From Candidatus Bathyarchaeota archaeon (GTDB lineage: Archaea; Thermoproteota; Bathyarchaeia; Bathyarchaeales; Bathycorpusculaceae): a stretch of 23,471 bases of DNA. Position 1 is the stretch's first letter. Each line of letters opens with the position of its first letter. The translations under genes were made by a program, and so were the position numbers. The notes under the pieces were generated by a model that was not told the DNA's origin, made no database searches, and saw nothing but the letters and a program-made list of their open reading frames with translations. The DNA lies in assembly GCA_963777155.1 (NCBI GenBank), contig CAVZPM010000010.1, positions 1 to 23,471 of the forward strand. The letters run 5' to 3'. Positions 17,169 to 23,471 of this stretch are shown piece after piece.

Positions 17169-17742
17169 CACTACTAAGTGTTATTGCTTCGACTTTAGTT
17201 AGCCGCTTTGTCACCAGCAGACAGAAATAAACTGATTGTTCTCAAAGGGACCAGCGGAATCTTTTTAGTATGAAAAAGGTATAAGACAGAACCGCAATGG
17301 TCCCCGATGAGATGTAAAAGAAATAGAATTGTTTGCATGCTCCCACACTCACATCCACACTGCCCAACATAGCGTCAATGATATCTGTGTGGATCAACCG
17401 CTCTTCCCACACTCAAACCGCAAGAGAAAAGCAATGCAAACCAAAAAAGCAACCAATTCCAAAGCCTCAAGTGTGGTGTGCAATTTATTAGCCCCACACC
17501 CACACAAAGAGAACAAAAGGAATCTTGCGATTTTTTTCAAGAAGCAAACAGGTAAATTTGGATAAAGGCGAACCAAAATGGGCTTAAGAATCTGTTCAAT
17601 TTGTAACTAAAAAAGAATTGCTGTAAGATAGGGAAAAGTATTTCTGGTCACATGCGCTACTCGGTTGATTTGTCTTTCGAAATCCTTATCCGTTTGCCAA
17701 AGTTCTATTTTACTTGAAAATAATTCTGGAGATCTAGCACTT

Positions 17743-18766
17743 ATGAGTTATTCTGTTGAGTTAATTGGTCCTGAAGAGAAAGATAAGCTCTTTGAAGTCT
17801 ATGGATCTCAATTACTTTACACGAGCAAGGTTGAAATCTACGGCTGTTGCATCAAAATAAGATAAGCTCTTTGAAGTCTATGGAGCTCAATTACTTTACA
17901 CGAGCAAGGTTGAAATCTACGGTTGTTGCATCAAAATCTTAACTGACTCTGAGGTAACCAAGAACAAATGGGAAGACAACTTTTACAGTGCCGATGAAAA
18001 CACACGTTCGCATGGGCGCATTATCGTTTTGTCTATCCCGGGTGCTCCTTTTAGTGTTAAGTATGATCCCTATACAAAGACGGCTTTTCTTTTTAACGTA
18101 GATTATTACGGTTGGGTAAAGAGCATTGCTTTGGCGGTTGCTGGTGACGTTTTGGAAGATGAGCACCATATTTATTCCGTACACGGAGCAATGATAGAAG
18201 TCGAACGTTTAGGTGTTTCAATTATTGCACCGTCAGGCACTGGCAAAACAACTCATTCTTGGGGTCTGCTACGCAATCCAACAGCACGCCTAGTCAGCGA
18301 CGACTGGTATTTCGTGCGACTTAGTAGCCGTGAACCATTAGCGTTTGGCTCGGAAAAGAATACTTACATTCAAGCGGACATCGGCAAGATCTGGAACGAA
18401 TATGAACGTTTAGTTGATAAAGCACAGTTTGACCAGCGTGGCAGGGCAATTGTTAACGTTAGGTGGATTGTTGGCAACGGCGGCGTAATTCCGATGGCAA
18501 CGATGCATAAAATAATCCTGCTAAAACGTGACCCTGCAGACAAGAATATTGCTAGAAAATTGGACTCACAAGAAGCAATTCAATACTTACTAGCTCAAAA
18601 CTTCTGCAACCCACATCAACTGGTAAAGGACCAAAGAAAAATCGCGCTCAGAACAGACTTCTTCAAGAGGCTCTTTGAACAAACAGACGTTTACCTTGTA
18701 AACACAACTTCAACTCCACAAGTGAGCCAAAATGAAATCCGGTCGGTTCTTTCCCTAAAAAAATAG
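17743..18766 (+). CDS. HPr-kinase/PEPCK-like P-loop protein, interrupted by a 79-bp tandem duplication (real pseudogene or assembly artefact)
   Basis: Motifs SVHGAM, Walker A APSGTGKTT and LVSDDW. Removing one 79-bp copy joins ORFs 17743-17865 and 18029-18766 into one 314-aa frame. Confidence 0.75.
17780..17937. repeat. 79-bp tandem duplication (17780-17858 / 17859-17937)
   Basis: Direct visual match with 2 mismatches (GGATCT/GGAGCT and GGCTGT/GGTTGT). Confidence 0.95.
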
Positions 18767-18827
18767 GGCGCTAATGCAAAAAATAATAAACTACCAAGTA
18801 AGCTCTACCATTAGCGAGGCAAACACT

Positions 18828-20106
18828 TTGAAACTTATCTATGTCGCAATAGATGGCATGGGAGATTTGCCGATTAAATCTTTAGGCAATAAAACTCCTC
18901 TTGAAGCAGCCGAAACTCCCAACATGGATGCGCTTGCTAAAGCGGGGAAAACTGGTTTAATGTACACGGTCAAGAAGGGTGTGGCGCCTGAAAGTGATGT
19001 TGCGGTTATTTCACTCCTTGGCTATGATCCATTCAAGTATAGTACGGGCAGAGGCGTAATCGAAGCTGCTGGTGTGGGTTTGAAGATGAAGGACGGGGAT
19101 TTAGCGCTGAGATGCAACTTTGCTACGTTAGGTGAAGGCAAAACAATTCTTGACCGCCGAGTTGCCCGAACCTTAAGTACCGAAGAAGCGACCGAGCTAA
19201 CTAAGGCAGTAAACAAGGAAGTCAAATTAACCTCTTACCCTGCTACCTTTGAGTTCTGCAACACTTTGGGGCACAGGGCTGTTTTGCTTATCAAGAGCAA
19301 AGCTAAGCCTCTTTCAAGCGACATAACCAACAGCGACCCAGCCTACATAGTAGTCAACGGCATTGGTGTAGCCAAACTCGATGTGGAGATGGTACTCAAA
19401 ACTTGTGAGCCAACCAATAAAACGGAAGCTGCTAAAGTCTCTGCCGGATTGGTCAACGAATTCATCGAAAAATCGCATAGGCTTTGGGAAAACCACCCCA
19501 TAAATGTGAAGCGTGCTGCTGAGGGTAAACTGAAAGCAAACGTTGTCTTGACCCGTGATGCTGGGCACTTGCTTCCAAGGTTCTTCAACATTAATGAACG
19601 GTACCACGTCAACTTTGCTTGTTTAGCGGATATGCATGCGGAACGTGGCATAGCTCAACTGGCTGGTATGGAGTCGTCTTTGCTTCCGCCTCCATCGGGT
19701 AACCTGCAGAAAGACTGTGAAGTCAGGGTAAAAGCGCTTCTTGAAGCCCTGCCAAAACATGATTGTTTCTATATCCACCTCAAAGGACCCGACGAACCGG
19801 GACACGACGGCAACTGCACACTAAAAACCCAGATTATTTCTGCCATAGACAAATACTTCTTTGGACCACTGTCTAAAACAGATTTCACTCAAAGACAACC
19901 TTATCTGCATAACCACCGATCATGCAACACCATGCGCTCTGAAAGTACACAGCGATACACCCGTTCCAATACTTATCTCAGGCGACCATGTAGACAAAGG
20001 AAAAGCTGTAAAGTTCTGTGAGAAAGAATGCGCAAAAGGTAGTCTTGGCACCATTGAGCGTGGTTGTGAACTCATGCCTAAATTGATGGAAATGATCAAA
20101 AAGTAA
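18828..20106 (+). CDS. apgM: 2,3-bisphosphoglycerate-independent phosphoglycerate mutase (archaeal ApgM type), apparent +1 frameshift near 19872
   Basis: Motifs IDGMGD, KTPLEAAETPNMD, PESDVA, GRGVIEAAG, RCNFAT and HLKGPDEPGHDG. The C-terminal TDHATP..HSDTPVP continues in the frame of ORF 19861-20106. Confidence 0.9.
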
Positions 20107-20128
20107 GCTTTTCTTTCTTTTCCATTTT
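20107..20128 (+). terminator. Oligo(T) terminator after apgM
   Basis: GCTTTTCTTTCTTTTCCATTTT lies directly after the stop codon. Confidence 0.5.
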
Positions 20129-20212
20129 GTATTGGTGGATTTATACTGAGCCATTCATGTTTGAGGGTTTAAATAAGTAGCTTCAACTAAACATGATAGA
20201 AGTGATAGCTTG

Positions 20213-21079
20213 ATGATTCAGCCACTGAGGATTTATAGTGATGGTGGAGCAAGAGGTAACCCTGGATCTGCCGCCATAGCCTTTGTAGCGTTAAACGAGC
20301 AAGGCGAAATCGTGAAGTCAAATTCACGTTTCATAGGCATTAGAACCAATAATCAAGCAGAATATGAAGCGCTCTTGATGGCTTTGCAGTTTGCTATCGA
20401 GGTTGGCATCGAAGAGGTGGTTTGTCACCTTGACAGTGAACTTGTTGTAAAACAGCTAAATGGCCAGTATTCTGTTAAAGACCATGAATTGCAGCAACTT
20501 TGGAGGAAAGTGATACAATTGAAAGGCTGCTTTAAAAAAATCAGTTTCGTTAACGTTCCCAGAGAACATCCCCAAATCCAAGTTGCAGACGAGTTAGTTA
20601 ATGAAACCTTAGACCAAGAAACTCGACATCCCAAAACCAACGAACTAATGACACACCAACCATTACTTATTGAGAAGAGTGAGGCAAAGACTTTGTTTGT
20701 TCACACGAGCATTCGTACAAGCAATATGGAGCGTTCCATAGATTTCTACTCCAGATTTCTGGGTTTGAGACTTCAAAGTCGCCGAGAAATCAAGCAAACC
20801 AACGCTGAAATCGCTTTCCTACAGGACCCAGAAAACAAAGGTTGCACGCTGGAGTTAACACTCTACCATAAACAGAAGAGGTTTGCTCAACCAGATTATG
20901 AAGAACGGTTATTTGACCATCTTGGGTTCGAAGTTGCGGACATCAATAAAACACTCGAAGCCATGCGCAAGGAAAACATAACCGTCACCGACGAACCATT
21001 CAAGCTAAACGAAAAAACAACAATAGCCTTCATCGAGGACCCAGACGGAACCCTTATCGAACTAATCGAACGTAGATGA
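20213..21079 (+). CDS. rnhA: Ribonuclease HI-like domain fused to a glyoxalase I (VOC/lactoylglutathione lyase) domain
   Basis: N-terminal half has YSDGGARGNPG, TNNQAEYEAL, DSELVVKQLNGQY and ADELVN. C-terminal half has HTSIRTSNMERSIDFY, LELT, HLGFEVADI and AFIEDPDGTLIELIE. Confidence 0.88.
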   Translation: MIQPLRIYSDGGARGNPGSAAIAFVALNEQGEIVKSNSRFIGIRTNNQAEYEALLMALQFAIEVGIEEVVCHLDSELVVKQLNGQYSVKDHELQQLWRKVIQLKGCFKKISFVNVPREHPQIQVADELVNETLDQETRHPKTNELMTHQPLLIEKSEAKTLFVHTSIRTSNMERSIDFYSRFLGLRLQSRREIKQTNAEIAFLQDPENKGCTLELTLYHKQKRFAQPDYEERLFDHLGFEVADINKTLEAMRKENITVTDEPFKLNEKTTIAFIEDPDGTLIELIERR

Positions 21080-21106
21080 CTTTTTCTTAGAATCTGTGCC
21101 CTGCCA

Positions 21107-21769
21107 TTAAGACACAAAAAATATTAAAAGACACTTCCATGTAGCGACAATTATTCTCCAGTTTGCCCTGATCGTTCCGCCGATTCGAGGCTTACTACGT
21201 CTAGGCGGAGCTTCATACACCAACTCTCCAACCTTAAACCCTTTCTTCTTGGCAACAACTAGCAACTCTCCACCGAATGTTTCGCCACCTTTCAAAAAGA
21301 CGTTAACTATTGTTTCTTTTTTGTAGGCTCTAAAATTAGAGTAAAAATCTGAAACCCCACATTTCTTGCCTAGTGTTCTGGCGGCCCAACGCTCGGAAAA
21401 GCGGGGCACATGTGTCCTAGAAGCAACGACAACATCGTAGATATCAAGTTTCTCAATCAGAGCGGGGATAAGTTCAGGACTATTTTCCAAGTCAGAATCA
21501 ATTGTCACTATGATAGGGTACTTGGCTATTTTTGCTCCATACAGTAAACCTTTGGTTTGTCCCTCCCGAACCTTTCCAACCGCCACATCCGCTACGCATT
21601 TAGCGACTTCAAGAGTGCCATCTGACGAGCTGTCGTCGACAACGATTGCTTCATGGGGAACGGTTTGGAGGGTTGAGTGGATTCTGCGGATTAGTTCTTC
21701 AATGTTTTCTTTCTCGTTCCAGGTTGTGGTAACTACTGATATGCCCTGAGCTACCTTAGTTATGCCCAT
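21107..21769 (-). CDS. GT2 family glycosyltransferase (dolichol-phosphate mannosyltransferase-like)
   Basis: Motifs ISVVTTTWNEKENI, IVVDDSSSDGT, TIDSDLENSPELIP, DVVVASR and FRAYKK. Confidence 0.88.
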   Translation of the reverse strand: MGITKVAQGISVVTTTWNEKENIEELIRRIHSTLQTVPHEAIVVDDSSSDGTLEVAKCVADVAVGKVREGQTKGLLYGAKIAKYPIIVTIDSDLENSPELIPALIEKLDIYDVVVASRTHVPRFSERWAARTLGKKCGVSDFYSNFRAYKKETIVNVFLKGGETFGGELLVVAKKKGFKVGELVYEAPPRRSKPRIGGTIRANWRIIVATWKCLLIFFVS

Positions 21770-21993
21770 GAGTTACCCATGGTTGCTTGAAGTTATAAGC
21801 TGTTTTGTCATTCCCACCAGCTATCTCTTTCAGAGAAAATCATAATCTCGAACGTTAACGAAAAAAAGTAAATTATTCTTCAATTGTGTGTAAGCAGTCT
21901 GGAAAGCTTGAACAATTTAGAACTCTGATAGCCAACCACATACCCAGAAATCGAATAGTCAGCCCCATGATCCTTGATTCGGATAAAGAAAAT

Positions 21994-22176
21994 TTATCTT
22001 CTGAAATAAATGTAGTAGGAAAAACAGATGAAACTAGACAGACAAGTGCAGCCGATGAATATAATGTCGCCTAATGCAGTGAATAAACCAAAAAAAGCAA
22101 TAAGTAAAATCACTATGTAAATTATTGCGACGGCATGTTCTGGTTTTTGCACTGCAAGATTTTGTTTTTCAATCAT
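21994..22176 (-). CDS. Small two-helix membrane protein, hypothetical
   Basis: ATG start, two hydrophobic stretches and a basic C-terminus; it fills an otherwise empty gap. Confidence 0.45.
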   Translation of the reverse strand: MIEKQNLAVQKPEHAVAIIYIVILLIAFFGLFTALGDIIFIGCTCLSSFICFSYYIYFRR

Positions 22177-22534
22177 ATTGGTTCCTTTCCTTATTGAGAG
22201 CTAAGATTCAAGAAATTGAATATAAGGGATGTTTCGTAATACGACATATTATTTCTATTAAATGTTCTTTTTCAACTTGTCAATATTTGACTCTGCTGTT
22301 TTTTTGGTTAGCTATAATATATTCGTATTTTTTCAAACGATTTTTACATGGATGACCTTTCAACCACAGAAATTTCATTTCCATTTTTTAATAAAATAAT
22401 CAGGCGAAAGATAACACGAATAAGAAACAGACGATAACTTGACAGAACCCAACATCGCAATATTAAAATAATGGGAGGACTGATGTGTTAACGAATTCAC
22501 AAAAATTAGGATAAACTAATAGAGGATATGAAAA

Positions 22535-23471
22535 ATGAGCAAAAGTGACAAACCACACCTAAACATCATCATCATGGGGCATGTTGACAATGGAAAATCA
22601 ACAACCACCGGACACTTACTTTACCTAGCAGGTGTAATTGACCAACGAACAATCGACGCTTACAAAGAAGAAGCCGAAAAAATGGGCAAAGCAACATTCC
22701 ACTTCGCCTGGGTTTTAGACAACTTGAAGGAAGAACGAGAACGAGGTGTCACAATTGACCTTCGATTCCTGCAATTCCCAACCAAGAAATACAACATGAC
22801 TGTCATCGACGCACCAGGCCACAGAGACTTCATCAAAAACATGATTACCGGCGCAAGCCAAGCCGACGCAGCAGTCCTTTTCAGCTCAGCCAAAAAAGGC
22901 GAGTTCGAAGCAGGAATTGGAGCAGGCGGTCAAACTCGTGAACACGCATTCTTAGCATTCACCTTAGGTATACGCCAACTAATCGTTGCCATTAACAAGA
23001 TGGATGACGCCTCCGTTAACTGGAGTAAAGAAAGATACGATGAAATGAAGAACGAAATTTCAAGAATGCTCAAAATGGTCGGCTACAAGATCGAGAAAGT
23101 TAACTTCATACCAGTTTCAGGTTGGACAGGCGACAACTTGATCAAGAAGAGCGAAAAGATGCCGTGGTACACTGGTCCAACCCTGATGGAAGCATTCGAC
23201 CTTACTCGAGATTCCGGCAAAACCAACCAACAAGCCACTACGCATTCCCATCCAAGACGTCTACAGCATCACGGGTATCGGTACAGTCCCAGTTGGTAGA
23301 GTCGAAACAGGTATTCTAAAACCTGGAGCAAACCTAGTCTTCATGCCATCCAACAAGACAGCTGAAGTTAAATCCATCGAAATGCACCACACACAAATCC
23401 CAATGGCTGAGCCAGGCGACAACATCGGAATGAACATCAGAGGCATCGCAAAGACTGACATCCACCGCGGA
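22535..23471 (+). CDS. tuf: Translation elongation factor EF-1alpha (aEF1A); apparent +1 frameshift at about 23200; runs off the window
   Basis: Motifs [43 protein letters not shown] and SGWTGDN. After removing one C at 23200-23201 the frame continues [37 protein letters not shown]...EMHH...PGDNIG. Confidence 0.97.

Noticed and set aside
15519-17300. Integrated element at tRNA-Pro with an attR site
   Set aside because: No integrase is present, and only a trivial CCAGCGG match (about 17251) to the tRNA 3' end exists, which is not enough for an att duplication.
17329-17576. Overlapping short ORFs on both strands
   Set aside because: No motifs, weak starts and biased composition; treated as intergenic or decayed DNA.
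22580-22605. EF-1alpha G1 motif GHVDNGKS instead of GHVDHGKS
   Set aside because: To my recollection this is a lineage variant in thaumarchaeal/bathyarchaeal EF-1alpha. It is useful for taxonomy but not novel.

Overview
Archaeal genomic window, probably TACK and most like Bathyarchaeia. This is inferred from the archaeal-type LeuRS, EF-1alpha with GHVDNGKS, ApgM and a wHTH-2TM regulator. Housekeeping genes (leuS, tRNA-Pro(GGG), apgM, tuf) are interspersed with accessory genes. The main find lies between leuS and a radical SAM/SPASM gene. An isoprenyl-diphosphate-synthase-fold gene with degenerate chain-elongation motifs (8408-9400) converges on two near-identical 138-bp cassettes. Each cassette is a complete minus-strand expression unit (TATA-like box, SD-like site, ORF) for an unannotated 17-aa peptide, MSKSSNKKVQKPVVFTW, ending in Trp. 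An MFS-like membrane protein gene is transcribed divergently from them. The layout resembles bacterial ComQ/ComX- or PalQ/PalX-type tryptophan-prenylated peptide systems. It may be an undescribed archaeal prenyl-peptide (pheromone/RiPP) system; an orphan membrane histidine kinase and a wHTH gene lie nearby. Other points are an RNase HI-glyoxalase I fusion, a membrane-tethered wHTH regulator paired with a surface protein behind a 34-bp palindrome, and a TRAM gene missed by the ORF track. Apparent +1 indels (tuf, apgM, probably TRAM) and a 79-bp tandem duplication suggest the sequence carries consensus or assembly errors.
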